Positions 55,587-64,000 of a stretch of 64,000 nucleotides of DNA are shown here, piece after piece. A model generated the notes under the pieces. That model was not told the DNA's origin. It saw only the letters and a program-made list of their open reading frames with translations, and did not search any database. The stretch spans positions 11,234-75,233 of the forward strand of contig ONRD01000004.1 in NCBI GenBank assembly GCA_900320185.1. Reading direction: 5' to 3'. Made by a program: the position numbers and the translations under genes. The DNA comes from an uncultured Bacteroidales bacterium (GTDB lineage Bacteria; Bacteroidota; Bacteroidia; Bacteroidales; UBA932). How positions within the stretch are numbered: the first letter of the stretch is position 1; each line of letters opens with the position of its first letter.

Positions 55587-58500
55587 ATGGAGCAGATTCA
55601 GCATGAGAACGGATTCCTCAACGGGATAATCCGCTTCTCCCTCAACAACAGGCTTGCGGTCCTGGTGATCGCGTTCATCTGCCTGGTCGCGGGACTCTAC
55701 TCGACCCTCCATTCGGAGGTCGATGTATTCCCCGACCTCAACGCGCCGACCGTGGTGGTGATGACCGAAGCCGAAGGGATGGCGCCCGAAGAAGTCGAGA
55801 GGCTGGTCACCTTCCCCATCGAGACCGCCGTCAACGGAGCCACCAGCGTACGCCGGGTGAGGTCCTCATCGACGACCGGCTTCTCCATAGTCAACATAGA
55901 GTTCGACTGGGGAACTGACATCTACAAGGCCCGCCAGGTTGTCTCCGAGAAGATCGCACTCATCGGAGAGGACCTCCCTCCCACCGTCGGGAAACCCACC
56001 CTGGGACCGCAGGCCTCCATCCTGGGCGAACTCATGATAATAGGGCTCACCGCAGACACCACTTCCATGGAAGACCTGCGCACCATTGCGGACTGGAGCA
56101 TCCGTCCCAGGCTGCTCTCGACCGGAGGAGTCGCCCAGGTGGCCGTGATGGGAGGAGACATAAAGGAATACCAGATACTTCTCGACCCGGGAAGGATGCG
56201 GCACTACGGAGTGACCCTGGACGAGGCGCTGCGTGCCGTCAGGGAGATGAACAGGAACGCACCTGGAGGCACCCTTTATGAATACGGGAACGAGTACATC
56301 GTCCGCGGAGTCGTCTCGACGGACGACCTCCGGGAGCTGGGGAAAGGAGTCGTCAAGGTCACGGAGGGCGGCTATCCCGTCACCCTGGACGACATCGCCC
56401 GTGTGCGCACCGGCGCCAAGGCCCCGGTCCTGGGAGTTGCGTCCAACGACGGTAAGCCTGCCGTGCTGCTGACCGTCACCAAGCAGCCTGAAACCAACAC
56501 CCTGGAACTGACAGGGAGGCTTGACTCGGCCTTGGACGACCTCAAGGCTTCACTGCCCTCCGACGTGAAGGTCAATTCGGAGATCTTCCGCCAGTCCAAC
56601 TTCATCGAAGGATCGATCGGCAACGTACGCAAGTCGCTGCTGGAAGGAGGGTTGTTCGTGGTCATAGTCCTTTTCATCTTCCTGATGAACTGGAGGACCA
56701 CGCTCATCTCGCTCGTGTCCATCCCCCTGTCGATAGTGGTCACCCTGCTGGCGATGCGCCTGCTCGGCCTCACGGTCAACACGATGAGCCTGGGAGGAAT
56801 AGCCATCGCCATAGGTTCCCTTGTCGACGACTCGATAGTGGACGTGGAGAATGTGTTCACGCGGCTGAGGCAATCAAGGGCAAAGAGCCCGGGGGAAGTG
56901 CTGAGGACAGTCTACGCCGCCTCCAAGGAGGTCAGGATGCCCATGCTCAACTCCACCCTGATCATCATCGCCTCCTTCCTCCCCCTGTTCTTCCTCTCCG
57001 GGATGGAAGGAAGGATGCTCAAGCCGCTCGGGATCACCTTCATCATTTCCCTGGTGACCTCGACCCTGGTCGCGCTTACCCTGACCCCCGTGCTGAGTTC
57101 ATATCTCCTCAAAGGCGAAGGAGACAGAGCCGGCCGTCCCGGGGAAGGAGCTGACGGCACGGAAGGAGCCGATGCCGCAGGAATGGGCAAGCCCCACGAA
57201 TCCCCTGTCGCGGCCTTCCTGAAAAGGGGCTACGCTAAAGCCCTCGGCTGGTCGGTCGGCCACAGGAAAGCAGTCCTCGTGGCGGTGGCGGTCCTGCTCA
57301 TCGCCGCCCTGGCGGCGTTCTTCTCGCTCGGAAGAAGCTTCCTGCCGGCGTTCAACGAAGGATCGTTCACCATCGCCATGAGTTCAGTCCCGGGAATATC
57401 CCTGGAAGAATCCGACAAGCTCGGAAGGATGGCGGAAGAGATCCTGATGGGGATTCCGGAGATCCGCACTGTCGGGAGGAAGACCGGACGCGCCGAACTC
57501 GACGAACATGCCTTCGGGGTGAACTGCTCGGAATTCGAGTGCCCCTTCGTGCTGGACGGCAGAAGCAGGAGGGAACTCACCGAGGAAGTCCGGCGGAAGC
57601 TGTCGGTCATCCCGGGAGTCAACATCGAGATCGGAGGCCCGATATCCCACAGGATAGACGCTATGCTCTCAGGCACGCAGTCGAACATAGCGATAAAGGT
57701 ATTCGGCACGGACCTGACCAGGATGTATGCCATCGGGAACGAGATAAAGGAAGCGATAGATGACGTAGAAGGCATCACCGACATAAACGTGGAGCAACAA
57801 GTCCAGAGGCCGGAACTCAACATAAGGCCGAACAGGGAGATGCTTGCCCGCTATGGTATCACCCTGCCCGAGTTCACCGAGGCCGTGGGGGTCCTCCTGG
57901 AAGGCGAGACTGTCTCCACCGTCTATGAAGGCAACCGCTCCTTCGACCTGACCGTCAAGGTCCGGGATGAGGAGCGTTCCACCATCGAGAGGCTGTCATC
58001 CATCATGCTCGACACCCACGACGGCAGGAAGGTGCCGCTGGGCCAGGTCGCAGTCCTGGAATCCTCAGCCGGGCCAAACACGGTCAACCGCGAGAATGTC
58101 AGCCGCAAGCTCGTCGTTTCGTGCAACGCCACCGGAGGCGAACTAGCCAAGGCGGTCGCATCGATCCGGAATGAAATATCCTCCAAGGTGGAACTTCCCG
58201 AAGGGTACCACATTGAATATGGCGGCCAGTTCGAGAGCGAGGAACGTGCTTCCAGGACGATAGCCCTGGTGAGCATCATCAGCATATTCATAATATTCAT
58301 GCTCCTGTACGGGGAATTCAAGGACACCACCCAGACTCTGGTCGTCCTTCTGAACCTGCCGCTTGCCCTGATCGGCGGCGTGATTGCGGTCTGGCTGTCC
58401 GGGAGAATCCTTTCCATACCGGCCATAATCGGGTTCATCTCCCTGTTCGGCATCGCCACGAGGAACGGGATGCTCCTGGTCGACAGGTACAATCTCCTGG

Positions 58501-58769
58501 TGGCCGGAGGCATGGGAAGGAAAGAGGCCGTCATGGCCGGCTCCCTCGACCGCCTGAACCCGATCCTCATGACGGCCATCACCTCCGCCCTGGCCCTTCT
58601 GCCGCTCGCCCTGGGAGGCGATCTGCCCGGGAACGAGATACAGTCCCCGATGGCGAAGGTGATTCTCGGAGGCCTCTTCTCCTCGACGCTTCTCAATGGC
58701 TTCGTGGTACCGGTGATGTATCTGCTGACAGGCAGAAGGAAAGAAAACGAAAAAAAGGAAACGGAATGA
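55587..58769 (+). CDS. CusA/CzcA-family heavy-metal efflux RND transporter
   Basis: Start at MEQIQHENGFLNGIIRFSLNNR (ATG 55587), giving 1060 aa. It has a 12-TM RND layout with motifs typical of the HME family (..LGGIAIAIGSLVDDSIV..). Confidence 0.85.
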   Translation: MEQIQHENGFLNGIIRFSLNNRLAVLVIAFICLVAGLYSTLHSEVDVFPDLNAPTVVVMTEAEGMAPEEVERLVTFPIETAVNGATSVRRVRSSSTTGFSIVNIEFDWGTDIYKARQVVSEKIALIGEDLPPTVGKPTLGPQASILGELMIIGLTADTTSMEDLRTIADWSIRPRLLSTGGVAQVAVMGGDIKEYQILLDPGRMRHYGVTLDEALRAVREMNRNAPGGTLYEYGNEYIVRGVVSTDDLRELGKGVVKVTEGGYPVTLDDIARVRTGAKAPVLGVASNDGKPAVLLTVTKQPETNTLELTGRLDSALDDLKASLPSDVKVNSEIFRQSNFIEGSIGNVRKSLLEGGLFVVIVLFIFLMNWRTTLISLVSIPLSIVVTLLAMRLLGLTVNTMSLGGIAIAIGSLVDDSIVDVENVFTRLRQSRAKSPGEVLRTVYAASKEVRMPMLNSTLIIIASFLPLFFLSGMEGRMLKPLGITFIISLVTSTLVALTLTPVLSSYLLKGEGDRAGRPGEGADGTEGADAAGMGKPHESPVAAFLKRGYAKALGWSVGHRKAVLVAVAVLLIAALAAFFSLGRSFLPAFNEGSFTIAMSSVPGISLEESDKLGRMAEEILMGIPEIRTVGRKTGRAELDEHAFGVNCSEFECPFVLDGRSRRELTEEVRRKLSVIPGVNIEIGGPISHRIDAMLSGTQSNIAIKVFGTDLTRMYAIGNEIKEAIDDVEGITDINVEQQVQRPELNIRPNREMLARYGITLPEFTEAVGVLLEGETVSTVYEGNRSFDLTVKVRDEERSTIERLSSIMLDTHDGRKVPLGQVAVLESSAGPNTVNRENVSRKLVVSCNATGGELAKAVASIRNEISSKVELPEGYHIEYGGQFESEERASRTIALVSIISIFIIFMLLYGEFKDTTQTLVVLLNLPLALIGGVIAVWLSGRILSIPAIIGFISLFGIATRNGMLLVDRYNLLVAGGMGRKEAVMAGSLDRLNPILMTAITSALALLPLALGGDLPGNEIQSPMAKVILGGLFSSTLLNGFVVPVMYLLTGRRKENEKKETE

Positions 58770-59944
58770 AAAGGATGATCTTGGCGGCCCTCGCACTGTC
58801 GGCGGCCGTCCTGTGCCGCGCCCAGGGGACCATGGGCGACGCACTAAGGCAGATTGAAGAGAACAACCCCTGGCTCGGAGCCGCTAGGGCCAGCGTGGAG
58901 GCGGACATCCTCGCCAACCGCGCCGAAGCCGTCCCCGACGGTCCGGAGATTGAATTCAACTACCTCCTCGGAGGACAGGAACTGGGGAACAGGCACGATG
59001 TGAGGGTGTCGCAGTCGTTAGACATGCCTACCCTGACAGGCATGAGGCGCCGTAGACTGTCCACCCTCGAAGACCTTGCATCCCTGAAATACCAGGCCTG
59101 CAGGCAGGAAGTCCTGCTCGAGGCGAAGAAGGCGTGCATAGACCTGGTCCACTGCACGGCCCTGCTCTCCGAACTTGGGACCCATCTCGGCCAGGCGAAG
59201 TCCCTGGTCGAAGCATTCGAGAAGAGGATCAAGGCGGGCGACGCCACCGTGCTCGACCTCAACAAGGCGAAGGTGCACCTGACTTCCATCCAGGGCCAGA
59301 TTTCAAGGGCGGAGGTTGAAAGACAGAACCTCCTTTCCTGCCTGAGGTCCCTCAACGGAGGGAAGGAACTGGTCTTCGACCCCGGATCCTACGACTTGAC
59401 GGAGGACCTTCCGGCCGACTTTGAAGCCTGGTATGAAGAAGCCTCCAAGTGCGACCCTTCCCTCCTCTATGCCCGGATGGCGGTCGAGGCCGGGAAGTCC
59501 CAGCTGTCCATCGACAAGGCCTCCAGGCTGCCCGAGATGTCGGTCGGGTACATGAGCGAAATACGGACGGCGGAGAAGTTCCGCGGCGTCACAGTCGGGC
59601 TGAGCCTGCCGCTTTGGAATGGTTCGGCAAAGGTGAAGCAGTCGCGGGCAAGGGTCGCTGCGGCGCAGGCCGAGAGCGCCGCCGCTGAACAACGGTTCTA
59701 CTACCAGCTCCTGAGCCGGTACAACTCTGCTTCCGCCTTGAAGGAAAACTCGGAAATGATGAGGGCGGCCCTCCGGGAAACGGACAACAGGGATTATCTT
59801 TTCTCAGCCCAGGCGAAGGGAGAGATCTCGATGGTCGACTACCTCGTCGAGACCGACCTCTACTTCGAGACCCTCCAGCAGACCCTGGATGCCGAACGGG
59901 ACTACCGGATCGCGCTGGCGGAGCTGAACTCGGTGAAGCTGTAG
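58766..59944 (+). CDS. TolC-family outer-membrane efflux protein (CzcC-like)
   Basis: 392 aa. The start overlaps the czcA-like stop (ATGA). It has a signal peptide and two helical repeat halves. Confidence 0.75.
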   Translation: MKRMILAALALSAAVLCRAQGTMGDALRQIEENNPWLGAARASVEADILANRAEAVPDGPEIEFNYLLGGQELGNRHDVRVSQSLDMPTLTGMRRRRLSTLEDLASLKYQACRQEVLLEAKKACIDLVHCTALLSELGTHLGQAKSLVEAFEKRIKAGDATVLDLNKAKVHLTSIQGQISRAEVERQNLLSCLRSLNGGKELVFDPGSYDLTEDLPADFEAWYEEASKCDPSLLYARMAVEAGKSQLSIDKASRLPEMSVGYMSEIRTAEKFRGVTVGLSLPLWNGSAKVKQSRARVAAAQAESAAAEQRFYYQLLSRYNSASALKENSEMMRAALRETDNRDYLFSAQAKGEISMVDYLVETDLYFETLQQTLDAERDYRIALAELNSVKL

Positions 59945-59954
59945 GAGGCGACGC

Positions 59955-61508
59955 CTATTTCAGCACAATCGTGAGCGGCTGGAGGTAGGTGCTCCACTGC
60001 CCCCACCTGGAAGCGCCCGACTCGTCCAGTCCGTAGGCGTACCCTATGTACTGCTGCCGGTCGAGATCCATGTGTCCCCTCTCGTCCCCGCTCAGGCCGC
60101 AGTTGTGCAGTCCGGAAGGGTTCAAGGTACCTTGGACTCCTCCGATCCTCTTGAAATTCAGCCCGTCCTCGGATTCCCAAGCCATGATGTAGGCGGACTT
60201 CGACATCCTGGAAGTGGTGTGGACGGCGAGGAACCTCTTCGCGGCATCGACGTACTTGACGTCGCAATGGTCGGAAGCGGTCAAGCCTTTCTTGTCGATG
60301 GCCACTCCCTTTAAAGACAGTTTGGCCGGCCAGTTCTCATCGTCGGCCGGGAAGGTTGCGACACGGGTCGTCGGTTCGCCGCTGGTATTCCATGAGTAAT
60401 ACAGGAAGACCTTGTCATCCATCACGACGAAGCACGGTTCGCCGCAGCCCCAGTAGGAAGGACTTCCGGTGAATTCGATGATCGGCTGCGGATTGCCGCC
60501 CCAGCCGTTTCCGTTCCATTTTTCCCATGGTCCGTCGGGGCCCTTGCTCCTGGCGACGTAAAGGTCGTTGTCAAGCCCGCCTTCATTTTCCGTGGATGTG
60601 TAGCCGAGATAGTACCAGCCTCCCCAGCGGGCAAGCCCGGGATCGCAGCAGGAGAACGCGTCACGCCCTCCGAAGGTCGGCTTCAGGGTCATGCTCTCGG
60701 GACTCCAGTTCCTGCCGCCGTCAGTGCTGTGCTGGTAGGAGATCTGGTCCCAGAACCTGGCGGAGGTCCCGTCGCCCGCGAAGATTATCTTCGACATCAA
60801 GGCTCCGGGAACCTCCTTGCCGCCCTTGAACGCCTGTCCGGCAACCGATCCGGCCTTCCCGCTGTAGATCCAGCACCCGGTAGTCTCGGTAGGATCGGAC
60901 AGCACTACAAGATATTTCCCCGCAGGGGACAATAAGGTATTGTCTTCCTCGGCTTCCGGGCTTGGGTAGATGGTAAGCCAATCGTTGTCGTTGAACTTCC
61001 GGAAAGTCTTGGCGTTGAGAGGATCGGCCGCGACCGAAGATTCATACGATCCCTTCCAGGCGTAGATCGAGATGGTTACATCCTCCGTCCCGTCACTTCC
61101 ATAGGTCGGGACGCAGATGGTGAATCCCCTGAAATCCTGAGGGGCCTCGAACATCTGTCCGGCAGTCCTTCCTTCCACGTCCATGAGCTGGAAAGCGCTC
61201 TGCTCGCCTGAGTACAGCAAGATGGAGCCTTCCGTGTAATCCCCGCCTGGAGCCGCGAACCAGGCATCCATGGAACCATCGTCGTTGAGGATGATGCAAG
61301 GGCCGTAGCGGTAGACCCCGGCCACGTAGATGTCCCAACCGGACTTGGCGACGACCCGCTTGATTCCACCCTGGGGTTCCACCTGCGGCCCGGTTTCCTC
61401 TTTCCCGTCACCGGGCACTTCGCTTGTTTCCCTGCAGGAAGGGACCGTCAGTCCCATGACAAGGAGCAGGGCGGCCCAGGCGGCCGCGACCATGTTCATT
61501 CTTTTCAT
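59955..61508 (-). CDS. exported beta-propeller protein with Asp-box (BNR) motifs, glycosidase-like, family unassigned
   Basis: 517 aa with signal peptide MKRMNMVAAAWAALLLVMGLTVPSC. One Asp-box is clear (HSTDGGRNWS) and a second is degenerate (SKGPDGPWEKW). Confidence 0.5.
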   Translation of the reverse strand: MKRMNMVAAAWAALLLVMGLTVPSCRETSEVPGDGKEETGPQVEPQGGIKRVVAKSGWDIYVAGVYRYGPCIILNDDGSMDAWFAAPGGDYTEGSILLYSGEQSAFQLMDVEGRTAGQMFEAPQDFRGFTICVPTYGSDGTEDVTISIYAWKGSYESSVAADPLNAKTFRKFNDNDWLTIYPSPEAEEDNTLLSPAGKYLVVLSDPTETTGCWIYSGKAGSVAGQAFKGGKEVPGALMSKIIFAGDGTSARFWDQISYQHSTDGGRNWSPESMTLKPTFGGRDAFSCCDPGLARWGGWYYLGYTSTENEGGLDNDLYVARSKGPDGPWEKWNGNGWGGNPQPIIEFTGSPSYWGCGEPCFVVMDDKVFLYYSWNTSGEPTTRVATFPADDENWPAKLSLKGVAIDKKGLTASDHCDVKYVDAAKRFLAVHTTSRMSKSAYIMAWESEDGLNFKRIGGVQGTLNPSGLHNCGLSGDERGHMDLDRQQYIGYAYGLDESGASRWGQWSTYLQPLTIVLK

Positions 61509-61524
61509 CTATCGAGTTATTTGG

Positions 61525-63495
61525 TTATTGAGTTATTTGGTTCCCTGTGTAAAGTTCATAGTATTTCCCCTGCTGTGCCAGGAGTTCGTCATGACGGCCG
61601 CGCTCGATGATCCGCCCGTGGTCGAGTACCATGATGTAGTTCGCGTTTTGGACAGTGGAGAGTCGGTGGGCTATGACGAAGGTGGTACGTCCTTTCATGA
61701 GCGAGTCCATGCCTTTCTGGATGAGCCGCTCGGTACGGGTGTCAATCGAGGAAGTAGCCTCGTCGAGGATCAGCACGGGGGGATCGGCGACAGCGGCCCG
61801 GGCTATTGCCAGCAGCTGGCGCTCTCCCTGCGAGAGATTGCCTCCGTCGGCCGCAAGCACGGTGTCATAGCCGTTGGGAAGACGCCTGATGAAAGGATCG
61901 GCGTAGACAAGCCGCGCAGCCTGGCGGCACTCCTCGTCGGTGGCGTCGAGCCTGCCGTAGCGGATATTCTCCATGACAGTGGCGGAGAACAGCTTCGTTT
62001 CCTGGAGGACGGTCCCGAGACTGCGGCGGAGCGAGTCCTTCTCTATGTCACGGACATCGAAGCCATCATAAGTGATGCTTCCTTCCTGGATCTCATAGAA
62101 GCGGTTGATCAGGTTCGTGATGGTGGTCTTGCCCGCCCCGGTACCGCCCACGAAGGCGATTTTCTGGCCCGGATAGGCGGTAAGGGTGATGTCATGGAGC
62201 ACCTGCTTGCCTTCCACATAGCCGAAATCCACGTCCTTGAGGCTTACCAGGCCATTGAGCGGGACAAGTGACTCCCCTGTCTTCCAGGCCCACTTTCCCG
62301 TCCTCCGCGCGGCCTCCTTCAGGGAACCGTCCGCTGCGGTTTCGGCATTGACCAGGACTACCTTCCCTTCATCCTTTTCCTGGGGCTCGTCGAGGAGGGC
62401 GTAGACCCTGTCGGTACCGGCCGAAGCCATGGCTATCGAGTTGATCTCGTTCGATATGTTGGAAATCGGCCTGGTGAAATTCTTCTGGAGGTTGAGGAAG
62501 GCGACCAGGGTACCCAGGGACATGACCGCACCTCCGGCTCCGCACATGTACCATGAAGACAGCCCGCCAAGCGCTATCAAGGCTCCGACCACGGCGGTCA
62601 GCACGTAGCCGATGTTGCCGATGTTGCCGTTGATGGGCATGATCATGCTGGATATCTTGTTGGCATTGTACACGCTGCTGCGAAGCTGTTCGTTGATCCG
62701 GGAGAAATGCTTCCTGGCCTGCTCCTCGTGGCAGTAGACTTTGACGACACGCTGCCCGGACACCATCTCCTCTATGAAGCCGTTGACTATGCCCAGGTTC
62801 TGCTGGCGTTCCACGAAATAGCCCTTGGCGACTTTCCCAAGGCTGGTGGTCACGAAGACCGTCAGGGCCGCCATCACGATCGACACCAGGGTCAGGGGGA
62901 TGCTCAGCACCAGCATGGATATGAAGGTGGAAAGAAGCGTTATCAAGGAAGAGAACAGGTTCGGGACTGTGTTGCCGATCACCTGCCTGAGGGTTTCCAC
63001 GTCATTGGTGTAGACCGACATCACGTCTCCGTGGGAATGGGTGTCGAAGTAACTCAGCGGCAGGTCCTCCATGTGCTTGAAAAGGCTTTCCCGGATCCTG
63101 CGCATAGTCCCCTGCCCGACATGGATCATGATCAGGTTGTAGGAATATGAAGCCACGACTCCCACGAGCAGCACCGCCGCAAGGCGCACAAGGGCCACCG
63201 CCAGCGGCCCGTAATCCGGGGCTGCGCTGGAGACCATCGGAGTGATGTAGTCGTCGATGAGGGTCTTGGTGAAGAGGGAGGATGCCAGGGTGGTCAGGGA
63301 CGAGACCACGATACAGGCCAGAACCACGGCGAACCGCACTTTGTAGTGCTTGAATATGAAGGAGAACAGCCGCCATACGGTGGATCCCTTTCCAAGGCTT
63401 TTCCTGAGTTCTGCGCGGGAAAGGTGGGAAGGCTCCCTCATTCCCCTTCCGCGTCCGGAGCCGCTCCCCGGTGCGAATGTCTTCTGTGCGCTCAT
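61525..63495 (-). CDS. ABC exporter, fused permease/ATPase (multidrug/lipid exporter type)
   Basis: 656 aa. It has a six-TM domain, Walker A GGTGAGKTT, signature LSQGERQLL and Walker B LILDEATS. The start overlaps the upstream partner's stop (ATGA). Confidence 0.85.
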   Translation of the reverse strand: MSAQKTFAPGSGSGRGRGMREPSHLSRAELRKSLGKGSTVWRLFSFIFKHYKVRFAVVLACIVVSSLTTLASSLFTKTLIDDYITPMVSSAAPDYGPLAVALVRLAAVLLVGVVASYSYNLIMIHVGQGTMRRIRESLFKHMEDLPLSYFDTHSHGDVMSVYTNDVETLRQVIGNTVPNLFSSLITLLSTFISMLVLSIPLTLVSIVMAALTVFVTTSLGKVAKGYFVERQQNLGIVNGFIEEMVSGQRVVKVYCHEEQARKHFSRINEQLRSSVYNANKISSMIMPINGNIGNIGYVLTAVVGALIALGGLSSWYMCGAGGAVMSLGTLVAFLNLQKNFTRPISNISNEINSIAMASAGTDRVYALLDEPQEKDEGKVVLVNAETAADGSLKEAARRTGKWAWKTGESLVPLNGLVSLKDVDFGYVEGKQVLHDITLTAYPGQKIAFVGGTGAGKTTITNLINRFYEIQEGSITYDGFDVRDIEKDSLRRSLGTVLQETKLFSATVMENIRYGRLDATDEECRQAARLVYADPFIRRLPNGYDTVLAADGGNLSQGERQLLAIARAAVADPPVLILDEATSSIDTRTERLIQKGMDSLMKGRTTFVIAHRLSTVQNANYIMVLDHGRIIERGRHDELLAQQGKYYELYTGNQITQ

Positions 63496-64000
63496 GCCAT
63501 TCCCTCCTTCTTGTCAAAGTCCGCCTCGCCTCCGGAAGTCTGCATCTCGTAGATGTCCCTGTAGATGCCGCATGATTCCAGAAGGTTCTCATGGGTGTCG
63601 AACGCTACGACGCGTCCGTCGTCCATCACGACGATCCTGTCCGCATCGCGGATGCTCAGGATGCGCTGGGAGATTATTATCTTGGTAAGGCCCTCGATCC
63701 TCGAGGAGAGGGCGTCCCGGATGGAGGCGTCGGTGGCTGTGTCCACCGCCGACGTGGAGTCATCCAGGATGAGGACCTTGGGTTTCTTCAGCAGAGCCCT
63801 TGCGATGCAGAGCCTCTGGCGCTGGCCGCCGGAGACATTGGTCCCGCCCTGGTCGATGTAGGTGTCGTAGCCGTCCGGCATCGCCTCCACGAACTCGTCC
63901 GCACATGCCTGCCGGCAGGCCTCCCTGCACTCTTCAAGGGTCGCGTCCTCCTTGCCCCACCGCAGGTTCTCGAGGACGGTCCCGGAGAAGAGGGTGCTCT
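63492..64000 (-). CDS. ABC exporter, fused permease/ATPase, partner subunit; only the C-terminal part lies in the window
   Basis: The frame is open to nt 64000 (..STLFSGTVLENLRWGKEDATLEEC..). It has signature VSGGQRQRL and Walker B LILDDSTS. Confidence 0.85.
   Translation of the reverse strand, partial: STLFSGTVLENLRWGKEDATLEECREACRQACADEFVEAMPDGYDTYIDQGGTNVSGGQRQRLCIARALLKKPKVLILDDSTSAVDTATDASIRDALSSRIEGLTKIIISQRILSIRDADRIVVMDDGRVVAFDTHENLLESCGIYRDIYEMQTSGGEADFDKKEGMA

Overview
This is a GC-rich (by eye, not computed) Bacteroidota/Bacteroidales-type chromosomal segment. Supporting signs are TAnnTTTG -7 boxes, many lipoprotein or SpI signal peptides, a TonB-dependent receptor + DUF4249-like pair, and GH2/GH95 glycosidases. 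I call about 50 protein genes and one tRNA-Ser(CGA).

Content in order:
- [FeFe]-hydrogenase HydA (5' truncated by the window edge) plus a NuoE-like subunit.
- A roughly 12.5 kb co-directional minus-strand run: SGNH-like lipoprotein, lipoprotein, ABC ATPase, FtsX-type permease, GH2, hydG, a broken hydF, sppA, and an outer-membrane barrel protein.
- gltS plus a lipoprotein C26 amidotransferase, then GH95.
- A repeat-containing membrane protein, a DUF486 protein and an outer-membrane barrel protein.
- A four-gene cluster of unassigned secreted carbohydrate-active-looking proteins that includes a small HExxH protein.
- LolA-like and DUF2846 lipoproteins, then tRNA-Ser.
- A YhhN-family protein, purN and a large MscS-type channel.
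- A TonB-dependent receptor with its DUF4249-like partner.
- An operon of buk, ilvE, a small TPR protein and a four-subunit 2-oxoacid:ferredoxin oxidoreductase.
- trmO, metF-metH and an EEP-family lipoprotein.
- An NfnAB-like pair, an unassigned lipoprotein and PrsW.
- A His/Cys-rich small protein followed by a CzcBAC-type RND efflux system.
- An Asp-box beta-propeller protein and a heterodimeric ABC exporter, the second gene truncated by the window edge.

I recognise no transposase, integrase, phage, CRISPR, restriction-modification or toxin-antitoxin genes, and I see no convincing novel multi-gene system.

The best leads are:
- A doubly damaged hydF next to intact hydA and hydG.
- A 17-nt duplicate of the tRNA-Ser 3' end inside a hairpin-dense spacer, which looks like an att-site scar or a small RNA.
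- A 34-codon relic of a metY-like gene fused to the metF start.
- The buk-ilvE-OFOR operon, which lacks ptb.
- Two clusters of unassigned exported proteins.

All family calls come from motif recognition by eye; no database or HMM search was possible.
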